Source: Synechococcus sp. (GTDB taxonomy: Bacteria > Cyanobacteriota > Cyanobacteriia > Thermostichales > PCC-7336). From it: a DNA stretch of 43,060 nt. Below are positions 31,061 to 39,912 of the stretch, piece by piece. The DNA lies in NCBI GenBank assembly GCA_051439425.1, contig JBFRWD010000117.1, forward strand, positions 1-43,060. The letters are read 5' to 3'. The position numbers and the translations under genes are program-made. A model generated the notes under the pieces. The model did not search any database. It was not told the DNA's origin and saw nothing but the letters and a program-made list of their open reading frames with translations. How positions within the stretch are numbered: position 1 is the stretch's first letter; each line of letters opens with the position of its first letter.

Positions 31061-32023
31061 ATGGATAGCGAACTACAACAATGGGTCGAGATGTTGCAGT
31101 CAGAAGATGTTGGCGATCGCCTCGTTGCCGTTAAGATGCTGCAGCACGAGGGGGATGAAGAGGCTCTGGAGCCACTGATTGGAGCATTACCTGACGAGAA
31201 TCCAGGGGTGCAAAAACTGGCAATTACCACACTGTGGGAGATGGCGAACCACCAGGCGGTACGTCCGCTGATTCCCTGCTTGGGGTCGCCGCACGAAGAG
31301 GTGCGAACCGAAGCGCTCGGGGCTTTGAAAGAACTAGTCATTCCCGACGATTTACTGTTGCTGCTGGATGCTCTGCATCAAGAAGACATTAATATGCAGC
31401 TCAATATTTTGGTGCTGCTGCGCAAGATTCACGACGTGCAAGCCTTGCCGTATATCCTGCCGTATTTTGAATCCGACAACGAAGAGTTACGAGAAGCTGC
31501 GATAACGACACTGCGATACCTCAATCAGGTCACCAGCTGTGCTCCGGCCCTCGCACTGATGAGCGATCCATCTCCAGTCGTTCGTCGAGAAGCGGCATTG
31601 ACCATTGGCTACTTACAGGATGACGAGGTGGTCGATTTGCTCAATCAAGCACTGACAGATGAAGACTGGCAAGTCAGGCGCAATGCCGCCCAATCAATTG
31701 CCATCCTCAAGCCTCAAGCCTCCATTCCTCCACTGAGCGAAGCCATGACGGACGAGCACTGGCAGGTGCGTAAGTTTGTGGCTCGGGCGTTGCAGCAGGT
31801 GCCGGACGACAGTGCGATTCCCGTCCTGGTTGCTGCGTTAGCTGACGAGTATTCAGATGTAAGGCGAGATGCGGCGATCGCATTGGGAAATATTGGCAAT
31901 CCATCCGTGATCAATTCCCTCAAACAGACTCTCGACGATCCGGACGCGGACGTGCGGATTTTCTCGCAGCGGGCGATCGACGCCATCGAGGGGGCACAGG
32001 CAGCAGAGGTATCCAATGGTTGA
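31061..32023 (+). CDS. HEAT-repeat (PBS lyase-like) protein
   Basis: About 10 repeats of ~31 aa (L-x-D-E-D/H-W-Q-V-R-x-x-A-A-x-x-L). Overlaps the mrp start by 8 bp. Confidence 0.92.
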   Translation: MDSELQQWVEMLQSEDVGDRLVAVKMLQHEGDEEALEPLIGALPDENPGVQKLAITTLWEMANHQAVRPLIPCLGSPHEEVRTEALGALKELVIPDDLLLLLDALHQEDINMQLNILVLLRKIHDVQALPYILPYFESDNEELREAAITTLRYLNQVTSCAPALALMSDPSPVVRREAALTIGYLQDDEVVDLLNQALTDEDWQVRRNAAQSIAILKPQASIPPLSEAMTDEHWQVRKFVARALQQVPDDSAIPVLVAALADEYSDVRRDAAIALGNIGNPSVINSLKQTLDDPDADVRIFSQRAIDAIEGAQAAEVSNG

Positions 32024-33134
32024 ACACTCATCCCCCATTCAAGTACAACAGCCTCCTTCCAAGCAGGAACAGGCTACTGATGACAAAGTTCTCATGCAAG
32101 AACGAGAGGCGATCGCTGCCCTTAAGACGGTCATCGAGCCCAATTTAGGCAAAGACATTGTCAGTTTGGGCATGGTTCGCAACCTGCGCATTGTTGATGA
32201 TTACGTATCCGTCCGTCTCTATATCGGAGCCCACCAGACTGACATAGAAGAACAAGTACTGCAGAAACTAAACGACCTACCGTGGAGCAAGAAGGGTTAC
32301 GTGCAGCGATGCTCGATTCCAGGTGTGCGGACTACGATCGCGGTGTCCAGTGGTAAAGGAGGGGTTGGTAAATCCACCACTGCTGTCAACCTGGCAGCTG
32401 CGCTGAGCATGCAAGGGGCAAAAGTAGGGGTACTGGATGCGGATGTATACGGGCCTAACGTTCCGCATATGTTGGGGTTGGGGCATGCAGATGTCGAGGT
32501 ATTTGAAACTCCTAACGGTCAGCGATTTCGCCCACTAGAAGCACATGGAATTAAAGTGATGTCGGTGGGGCTGCTGGCAGAACCAGACCATCCGTTGGCG
32601 TGGCGCGGGCCAGTATTGCACAAAATCGTGACCCAGTTTATTCACGACGTGGAATGGGGAGAGCTGGATTATCTGCTGATCGATTTACCTCCCGGCACCG
32701 GAGATGCCCAAATCACCATCGTTCAGGAAAGTCCCATTTGTGGCGTAGTTCTCGTGACAACACCCCAGCAGGTGGCATTGTCTGATGTGCGCCGCAGCAT
32801 CCACATGTTCCGCAATGTTGGGGTGCCAGTGTTGGGAATTGTGGAAAACATGAGCTATCTAAAACAAGATAATGGCGATCGCCTCTTTGTTTTTGGGGCT
32901 GGTGGTGGCGAGCAATTGTCTAAGGAACTCAATGCTCCATTGATGGGACAAGTTCCCTTGGAACCCAATATTTGTAGCCAAGGGGACCGAGGGAAACCGA
33001 TTCCTCTAATTGATAACCAGTCCGATATTTCCCTAGTGTTTGGACAAATCGCCTGCGAGTTAATTCGTATCTTTGGCATGAATGACGAAGGAGAAAATGT
33101 CGAAATCGACAATCAGGCTCTGAGTTTAGCTTAA
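32016..33134 (+). CDS. mrp: Mrp/NBP35/ApbC family Fe-S cluster carrier ATPase with an N-terminal DUF59-like domain
   Basis: SGKGGVGKST deviant Walker A, LDADVYGPN, WRGP, IDLPPGTGDAQ, VTTPQ and GIVENMS motifs. Confidence 0.93.
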   Translation: MVEHSSPIQVQQPPSKQEQATDDKVLMQEREAIAALKTVIEPNLGKDIVSLGMVRNLRIVDDYVSVRLYIGAHQTDIEEQVLQKLNDLPWSKKGYVQRCSIPGVRTTIAVSSGKGGVGKSTTAVNLAAALSMQGAKVGVLDADVYGPNVPHMLGLGHADVEVFETPNGQRFRPLEAHGIKVMSVGLLAEPDHPLAWRGPVLHKIVTQFIHDVEWGELDYLLIDLPPGTGDAQITIVQESPICGVVLVTTPQQVALSDVRRSIHMFRNVGVPVLGIVENMSYLKQDNGDRLFVFGAGGGEQLSKELNAPLMGQVPLEPNICSQGDRGKPIPLIDNQSDISLVFGQIACELIRIFGMNDEGENVEIDNQALSLA

Positions 33135-33355
33135 TGTCGAAAAATATATGTATTCGACAGCCACCACTGATAAATAGTAACGACTATAAGTTCGCTTGTC
33201 CGTGAATTTGATGTCTTCTGATATTGGATTTCTATCCACTTGTTAGCTCAAAAGATATTTTTCGTTGGCTTGGTTTTCCTGCTCGCAATGACATACACAC
33301 TCTTATGGTGAGACTGTCTCCCTAAGAATCATTTTTTTCTTTGGAAGAGAGATAC

Positions 33356-34348
33356 ATGCACAAGATCGATCGATGGTTATATGGGGTGTATTTGTGCGTG
33401 GCAATCGCAGTCATCTCAAAACTTCTGTCGTTCTATCTTCCGCTTGGGTCGGTAGCTATAGCCTTGATTTTGGGAATCGTTGTTGGAAATAGTGTTGCTA
33501 TAGGAGAAGGTTTAAAACCTGGAATTATGTTCAGTGAGAAAGTCCTGCTTTCCCTGGCAATCGCATTGATGGGAGTCAATCTTGACTACTTTGTATTGCG
33601 AGAGCTGGGAGGGCGAACAATTTTCTTGATTATTTTAGCCATAGGGTTATCGACTTCCTTTACTGTATATATTGCCAGAATAATGGGAGTGAAACCCACC
33701 CAGGCGTTACTGATTGGAATTGGGAATGGAATTTGCGGAAGCTCGGCAATTGCGGCAACCAATCACATCATCAAGGCGAAGGAAGAAGATGTAGGCATTG
33801 CGATCGCAATCGTCAATTTCCTTGGGACGATTGGGATGCTTTCTCTGCCAATCCTGGCAAAGATTATTCTTGGGTTTACCGATATTCAGGTGGGTATCTT
33901 GATCGGAAACACCCTTCAAGCGGTGGGTCAAGCTGCTGCTGGTGGCTTCTCTGTCAGCGACACTGCCGGTCAAACGGCAATCATTGTCAAAATGGGTAGA
34001 GTCATGATGCTTTCCCCATTTTTACTCATTCTGTTTGTAAGCCTTTCGAGTAAAGGGCTGCCAGAGTTGAGAGGAGAAGCAGATATGCGAAAGCAACAAA
34101 TCCCTTTATTTATTTTTGGATTTATTTTTTTCTCGCTGCTTTCTACTTTTAATATTATCTCTCAAACGTATATTGAGTTTCTGAGTGTTGTGGGCAATAT
34201 TCTTCTACTGGTTGCCATGTCGGGAATTGCTCTTAAAATCAATATATTTTCCATTCTTAAGAATGGCAGAAAAGTCCTGATGTTGGGGTGCTTCACATTC
34301 ATTGTTCAAATACTATTCAGCACATCTCTGATCCAACTGATGTATTAA
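33356..34348 (+). CDS. YeiH / putative sulfate exporter (PSE, UPF0324) family membrane protein
   Basis: GNGICGSSAIAA, IGNTLQAVGQ and IVKMGRV motifs; ~10 TM segments; visibly more AT-rich than its neighbours. Confidence 0.9.
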   Translation: MHKIDRWLYGVYLCVAIAVISKLLSFYLPLGSVAIALILGIVVGNSVAIGEGLKPGIMFSEKVLLSLAIALMGVNLDYFVLRELGGRTIFLIILAIGLSTSFTVYIARIMGVKPTQALLIGIGNGICGSSAIAATNHIIKAKEEDVGIAIAIVNFLGTIGMLSLPILAKIILGFTDIQVGILIGNTLQAVGQAAAGGFSVSDTAGQTAIIVKMGRVMMLSPFLLILFVSLSSKGLPELRGEADMRKQQIPLFIFGFIFFSLLSTFNIISQTYIEFLSVVGNILLLVAMSGIALKINIFSILKNGRKVLMLGCFTFIVQILFSTSLIQLMY

Positions 34349-34499
34349 GTTCTAAACGAGCGATTGTTCATGATGAATGAGTCTCTGCTCAATCGCTCTG
34401 ATTCTTTCATGGCCGAAAAGATGTGTGTGTTTGACAGGATAGGGCTAGTCAGGGGCAGATCGCTTGTTGGGTAAGGGCTTGACCTACTCAGTTTTATGA

Positions 34500-34784
34500 A
34501 TGGGGTGCGATGGCGATCGTGAAGGGGATGTGCTGAGGGTGGCCAGCAGCTCGCGGCTTGCGGATGAGTTGAACGCTCCGCTGCGGGGCAAAATGCTGCT
34601 CGATCCACGCATTTGTCAGCAGGGGGATACCGAGCGATCTCTACTATTTCCGGACACAACGGCAGAGATTTCACCCATGTTTTCTCAGTTTGTCCGTGGA
34701 CCGATCTCTAGATTTAACGTTGCGAACAGTATCGATCCCCAATCCACTACTGAAGACGGTATAGCCCTATTAGTGGTCTGGTAA
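34500..34784 (+). pseudogene. Decayed duplicate of the 3' end of the mrp gene
   Basis: RLADELNAPLRGKMLLDPRICQQGD...EISPMFSQ aligns with Mrp QLSKELNAPLMGQVPLEPNICSQGD...DISLVFGQ. No ATPase motifs are present. Confidence 0.8.
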
Positions 34785-34862
34785 TCCCGAGAGATGGGAA
34801 TTTGAATGCATTCGGCCAGAATTTTTCGCTACCAAACTTGTTCGCGACCAAACTCGTCCCCA

Positions 34863-35873
34863 CTACTCAGCCTTTTCAACATCAGTATTTGTTTCTGTTT
34901 CTTGCTTCGCAAGATCGGCAGCATAAGCACGGTAGCCCTTCGCAATCTCGCGAATGCGATCGCCAGTCTGGTTCGGAGCCAAGTCTTCAGCTAGCTCAAA
35001 TAACGTCTGCGCCTCGCCAAAATTACGTTTATCCTCCGACGCGTTACTCAGCATCAGCGCCTTCTCAAACGCCGGTCGAAAATCCTCCGGATCGCTCTTC
35101 AGCAAGCGATCGTATACGCCAATCGCATCGTCAAATCGATCGCCCGCTCGATAGGCTTGCGCCAACAGCAGCGAGGTCGCCACAAACCCATCGCCTTCCT
35201 TCACCTTCGCTTCCAAACGGGCAATCGCTGTCTGAGGCTTTCCTGCCAAAATCTCGGCATTCACTAACGTTTCCAGCACATCTGTCCGCGTAGGATGGGC
35301 CTCGTATACCGCCTTCAGCGTCCGCAATCCCTCATCCGATCGATCGGTCTGCATCTGCAACTGTCCGAGCTGCAATGCCAAATCCACACGCTCCGGTTCC
35401 AACTCCGTTAAATGTTGCAACGGGGCGATCGCATCCGGCATCCGGCCCAATTGAAATAAATCGCCAATCAGCCCCTGCAACGCTGATTCGTTATCGGGCT
35501 CCAGAACCAACACCTCTTCGTATTTGGCCACCGCCTGCTCTAGCTGCTCCACAGATACCCGATTGCTGGAGAACGTACTGCTCCAATCCACATGTTTGAG
35601 CGCCCCCAATGCTGGCAAGAACGAAAAACTTACAAACGCCAGCACAGCGGTAATCAGCACAGCGCGGAAGCCCCAGCTTCGACCCGCAGATTTAGAGTTT
35701 GCAGAATTAGCCGCCTCTTTCTCCTCACGAGCCTTTTGTCTGGCCTTATATTTTTGAGTTGCCCGAGTCTCGTATACCGGTTCGGTGCGATCGCTACCGC
35801 CACTAATATTCTTGCCTGATTTCTTCGTATTGCCAGACTTAGACTTACCGCCAGATTTGGATCGCTTACCCAT
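34863..35873 (-). CDS. TPR-repeat membrane-anchored protein with a basic N-terminus
   Basis: K/S/G-rich N-terminus, TM (AVLITAVLAFVSFSFLPAL), several TPR-like helices (EPDNESALQGL, DDAIGVYDRLLKSDPEDFRP). ATG at 35873. Confidence 0.88.
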   Translation of the reverse strand: MGKRSKSGGKSKSGNTKKSGKNISGGSDRTEPVYETRATQKYKARQKAREEKEAANSANSKSAGRSWGFRAVLITAVLAFVSFSFLPALGALKHVDWSSTFSSNRVSVEQLEQAVAKYEEVLVLEPDNESALQGLIGDLFQLGRMPDAIAPLQHLTELEPERVDLALQLGQLQMQTDRSDEGLRTLKAVYEAHPTRTDVLETLVNAEILAGKPQTAIARLEAKVKEGDGFVATSLLLAQAYRAGDRFDDAIGVYDRLLKSDPEDFRPAFEKALMLSNASEDKRNFGEAQTLFELAEDLAPNQTGDRIREIAKGYRAYAADLAKQETETNTDVEKAE

Positions 35874-36321
35874 GCACCAGCTCTCCCCAGTCAAAACTCT
35901 CCACAATCAATAACAAACACCCAGAGTAGTCGCAAGCCTTCCGCAGCTAGATTGCAAGCGTTGATTTCCTGCTTGCCAATGTTAACGAATCAGAGTTCAG
36001 TCGAATCGAAAAGGAGCCACTAGTCAGGCGCTTAGTCTGATGCTCAGAGAACCAGCGCCATGAGAATATCGCATCAAAGTCTTGCAATAATCGATTTGTA
36101 CCAAACACCAACTACTTCTGTTTCCCTTACATCTCAATACATAGAATGGAGCTTAATTGAAGGGGCCAGAATTTTCAGCTAAAACCGTAGTACTGATACA
36201 CTGCGGTTTGCTATATTAGCTAGCCCCCGGTCACGTCTCAGTTACTTGACGTCCCCCAAATTGAGTTCGATCGCTTCAGATCGCCCTTGATTTACCAGGC
36301 TCCATCGCTAGAACGATCGCC

Positions 36322-37293
36322 ATGACAGAGCACAGTGCTCCCAATCCCCCAAGGCCTCCCAAACGGCCAGCGCCCATCGCCAGCTCTCCGACTGCCCCTG
36401 CGGCGGCTACTAACCCTGGCTCTCCATCCACTGGCGACTCATCCAACGGAATTCGCTATCACCCCATCGCGCCTCCCGATTCACCGATGCAGTTTCGGGC
36501 GATCGGGGTTGTGGAAGGTCGCTACTTACCCTCCGAAGAGCAATTTACCAAGGGCAATCTCGTTACACCGGATGGAGAAGAAATCAACGCCGTCTTGCTA
36601 GGGCGCGTCATGAGTTTGGTACGGAAGTACATTCAGGACGATCGCGACTATTTGTGGGTGGTTTATCCCCGCACGGGGGCAAAGACCAAGCAGGATCGGC
36701 TGCACGTTCAAATTTCGGGCGTGTGGGCTCCCGAGGAAATGGGTCCCATCGGCACCGATCCTCATGCAGAAGAGCACGATGCTGATAGTGGGTCAGATGG
36801 CGGCTCTGATGATTCTAGTTCAGACAGTGCCAGTACAGAGGTTGCATCCGGTCCTCAAGCACTGCCCCCCAAACCGCCATCCACGGACGTTGAGCCCGAC
36901 ATGTTCTCAATCCGTGGAGAAGTAGTAGGGCAAAAGTCTGAAGAAAGCGCCCTGACCATCAAAATCGTTCAAAGTGCCCGCAAAAACTCGCCTAAATCCA
37001 AGCCCTCGTCCTTCAAGCTCAATCTGCATGGCGTTCTGCCCTCCCACGCCCTCGGCGAATTTTGGGATTTCGTAGTGAAACGTGAGGGCAGCGTGCTGGA
37101 GGTGGTGAAAGGGATGGCGATTGGCCCTGCGCCTAAACCGAAGCCTCGTAAGAATCGCAATAAGGGAGTCGCTGGAGGTGGAGGAGCTGGTAAGCCGCGT
37201 CCGCGACCTCGTGCGAGATCGCACGGCGATGATGACAAGCACGAGCGTCCGGCTCCACCCAAAACCCGCAGTTCGTCACAATCGGACGGGTAA
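36322..37293 (+). CDS. Conserved cyanobacterial hypothetical protein
   Basis: QFRAIGVVEGRYLPSEEQFTKG...AVLLGRVMSLV...LWVVYPRT and FSIRGEV blocks recalled from cyanobacterial hypotheticals; Pro/Lys-rich termini. Confidence 0.82.
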   Translation: MTEHSAPNPPRPPKRPAPIASSPTAPAAATNPGSPSTGDSSNGIRYHPIAPPDSPMQFRAIGVVEGRYLPSEEQFTKGNLVTPDGEEINAVLLGRVMSLVRKYIQDDRDYLWVVYPRTGAKTKQDRLHVQISGVWAPEEMGPIGTDPHAEEHDADSGSDGGSDDSSSDSASTEVASGPQALPPKPPSTDVEPDMFSIRGEVVGQKSEESALTIKIVQSARKNSPKSKPSSFKLNLHGVLPSHALGEFWDFVVKREGSVLEVVKGMAIGPAPKPKPRKNRNKGVAGGGGAGKPRPRPRARSHGDDDKHERPAPPKTRSSSQSDG

Positions 37294-37437
37294 TAGTCTC
37301 TACGCACAACGGTTCGGTCTCGGCCATTCATCATTGCCCACTGAGTCTGGCCCAAGCTAGCTGCTTCGATCTCTCTCATCCCCCGCTGGCTTTAGCCACG
37401 CGGGGGTAACGTATATTGTTTTGTCTGATGTTGTTTC

Positions 37438-38745
37438 ATGGGAAATCGCAGTATGACGGCATCACAGCCTCCATCAACGTTCGAACCTGCCGCATATCTC
37501 CAATCTCTAGGCCGTTTCGGCGTGCAACTGGGGCTCGATCGCATGCTGGCTCTCCTGCAGGTGCTCGATCGACCTCAGCAATCCATTCCCGCCATCCACA
37601 TCGCAGGTACGAATGGCAAGGGCTCCGTCTGCGCCATGATGTCCACCGTTCTCGCCCAGGCCGGATACACCGTCGGTCGTTACACCTCTCCCCATCTGGT
37701 CAGTTGGCAAGAGCGCATTTGCATCAATGGCAAACCGATTTCTGCAGCAGACTGGCAGCAGGTACTGTGGCGAGTTAAGGCAGCACTGAGTGATTATCCA
37801 GAAAGCGACGAGCCTCCGACACAGTTCGAGATTGTGACGGCAGCCGCCTGGTTGTACTTCCATCAGCAGGATGTGGATGTGGCTGTGTTGGAAGTGGGGC
37901 TGGGGGGACGGTTGGATGCGACGAATGCCGGCATCTCTCCCTGTTTGACGGCGATTACTCCGATTGGTCGAGATCATTGGCAACGATTGGGAGATACATT
38001 GACTGAAATTGCGGGAGAAAAAGCAGGAATTATCAAACCCACGATTCCGGTTGTATGCTCTCCTCAAGTACCCGAGGCACTGGCTGTCATCACCCAGACG
38101 GCAACAGACAGGGACGCTCCGCTTGTGGTTGTTTCGCCTGCCCACTGGAAGGATGGCTCCACTATTGTTTGGCAGGGTCAATCCTACGAATTGAGCTTGT
38201 TGGGAGATGCCCAACTCAGCAATGCAGCAGTCGTGCTAGAAGCCATTGCTCAATTACGGCGGCAGGGATGGTCGATTCCCGAGGAGGCAGTGCAAGCGGG
38301 GTTGGCCGATACTCGCTGGCTAGGTCGCTTGCAATGGGCTCAACTGGGCAATCGAGACGTCTTGCTCGATGGAGCCCACAACGTTCCGGCTGCCGAGATT
38401 TTACGCAGATTTGTCGATCGCCAATTCCCCAGTTCTTCAGTCACCTGGTGTATGGGCATGCTGACCACCAAGGATGCCTCAGGCATTTTTCAGGCGCTGC
38501 TGCGATCGGGCGATCGGCTCTACACTCTGCCCATTCAGGATCATCTAGCGTTTTCACCTGACGAGCTATTGGCGATCGCGACAGAAACGGGGGTCTCATT
38601 GCAAGACACACAGACACTTGAGCCGCTCGACGATCTGAAAGACGTCCTAGCTCAACTGCCAGCCACCGCCGATCCAATTGTTATCTGCGGCTCCCTCTAC
38701 ATGCTGGGCCAGTTAATGGAGCGCTATCCCCAGTTGATGGAGTAG
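37438..38745 (+). CDS. folC: Folylpolyglutamate synthase / dihydrofolate synthase
   Basis: IHIAGTNGKGS, YTSPHL, EVGLGGRLDATN, EKAGIIK and LDGAHN motifs. Alternative start at 37453. Confidence 0.98.
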   Translation: MGNRSMTASQPPSTFEPAAYLQSLGRFGVQLGLDRMLALLQVLDRPQQSIPAIHIAGTNGKGSVCAMMSTVLAQAGYTVGRYTSPHLVSWQERICINGKPISAADWQQVLWRVKAALSDYPESDEPPTQFEIVTAAAWLYFHQQDVDVAVLEVGLGGRLDATNAGISPCLTAITPIGRDHWQRLGDTLTEIAGEKAGIIKPTIPVVCSPQVPEALAVITQTATDRDAPLVVVSPAHWKDGSTIVWQGQSYELSLLGDAQLSNAAVVLEAIAQLRRQGWSIPEEAVQAGLADTRWLGRLQWAQLGNRDVLLDGAHNVPAAEILRRFVDRQFPSSSVTWCMGMLTTKDASGIFQALLRSGDRLYTLPIQDHLAFSPDELLAIATETGVSLQDTQTLEPLDDLKDVLAQLPATADPIVICGSLYMLGQLMERYPQLME

Positions 38746-38766
38746 TTGGTGGAGTCAATGTCTGGC

Positions 38767-39633
38767 TCAGGCGATCGCCACTCCAGCGCTCCCATAGTCT
38801 TCTGACCAATCGCAATCGTTTTCCCGACGCTCATCCACGATTCTCTTCACACCGCGTGTCACCTGATTCAAGCCCCACAGTGACTCTGCACGCACATTTC
38901 CAAACCCAGCATCAGCCAACCAGTCCTCAATATTGCCTGTCGCAAAGTCTTGGATGTAAGGCTCCTCAAAAATCTCCATCAACCAGCGAGTCTGGGATAA
39001 CGTCTGTTGAGATCCATCCAAAACTAGCAGCTCTCCCCCCGTCACCAGCAACCGATAACACTCCCGCACAATAGCCCTGGATATATGCACTGGGGTTTCG
39101 TGGAATAGCAGAGAAGCGGTGACGAGGTCAACACTGGCCTCGGGGAATGATGTCGTTTCTGCCGGTCTGTGGCGAAACTGAACGTTACGGCAGCCGGATG
39201 CCTTCGTCTTATACTCCGCCATCGCCAGCATGTGAGGGGATAAATCTACCCCCACCACCTCGGCATCGGGATACGCCTTTGCCAACATCAGCGTGGTCGA
39301 CCCAGTGCCACAGCCCAAATCCACAATGCGCCGAGGATGAGTTTGCACTCGATTCAGCAACCCTTGACGCACCCAGTGCTCACTTGGCGGCATGACATAA
39401 CGAGTAATCGAGTCATAGGTCAGGGCAGCATCCATACTTAAGTAGCCCCCCGGAACACCGTGGAATTGTTGACTGCTGTAATACTCGGGAATCGTCACGG
39501 TTGGATCGGCAAGGCGATCGCAGTCTGCCTCCCAATCTATCTGACGACGCATGCGTGCGATTTCGTCGAGATCGAGCAACACGTTGCCAAATAACGGAGC
39601 AAGCACGCGATCGAATAACGATGACTTCGCCAT
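38767..39633 (-). CDS. Class I SAM-dependent methyltransferase
   Basis: IVDLGCGTG, GVDLSPHML and SLLFHETP motifs; N-terminal YYSSQQFHG..GGYL. ATG at 39633. Confidence 0.93.
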   Translation of the reverse strand: MAKSSLFDRVLAPLFGNVLLDLDEIARMRRQIDWEADCDRLADPTVTIPEYYSSQQFHGVPGGYLSMDAALTYDSITRYVMPPSEHWVRQGLLNRVQTHPRRIVDLGCGTGSTTLMLAKAYPDAEVVGVDLSPHMLAMAEYKTKASGCRNVQFRHRPAETTSFPEASVDLVTASLLFHETPVHISRAIVRECYRLLVTGGELLVLDGSQQTLSQTRWLMEIFEEPYIQDFATGNIEDWLADAGFGNVRAESLWGLNQVTRGVKRIVDERRENDCDWSEDYGSAGVAIA

Positions 39634-39783
39634 AGCTGTCCTTCCTGACTCAAATGCAGGGTCTATTGACAGAGAAACATACAATTCCCATTTGCGTCTG
39701 CATCTATAGAATCGCAAATCCACGGGGGCAAGCGGATGAATGGAGTTGCAAGATACAGTTGACGGTGCCGACCCAGCAAAGCC

Positions 39784-39834
39784 ACACTAATTCCCCACAG
39801 ACACTAATCCCCTCAAAACACTAATTCCCTACAT
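39784..39834. repeat. Three-copy 17-bp direct repeat
   Basis: acactaattccccacag / acactaatcccctcaaa / acactaattccctacat at 39784, 39801 and 39818. Confidence 0.85.
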
Positions 39835-39912
39835 ATCCCGTCCTTCCATGCAGAGCCGTCCATCTTCCTTGATTCACTCACCCAGCGACCCTGTAACAGG
39901 AGCATCAGACCG

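Noticed and set aside
31061..32023. Phycobilin lyase cpcE/cpcF
   Set aside because: Only generic HEAT repeats, no phycobiliprotein genes nearby, and the gene is coupled to mrp.
36027..36059. Stem-loop ggcgct..tctga-tgc-tcaga..agcgcc in a divergent intergenic region
   Set aside because: Short and interrupted, no U-tract and no known RNA motif; could arise by chance.
37507..38214. 235-aa antisense ORF within folC
   Set aside because: Shadow of a conserved essential gene.
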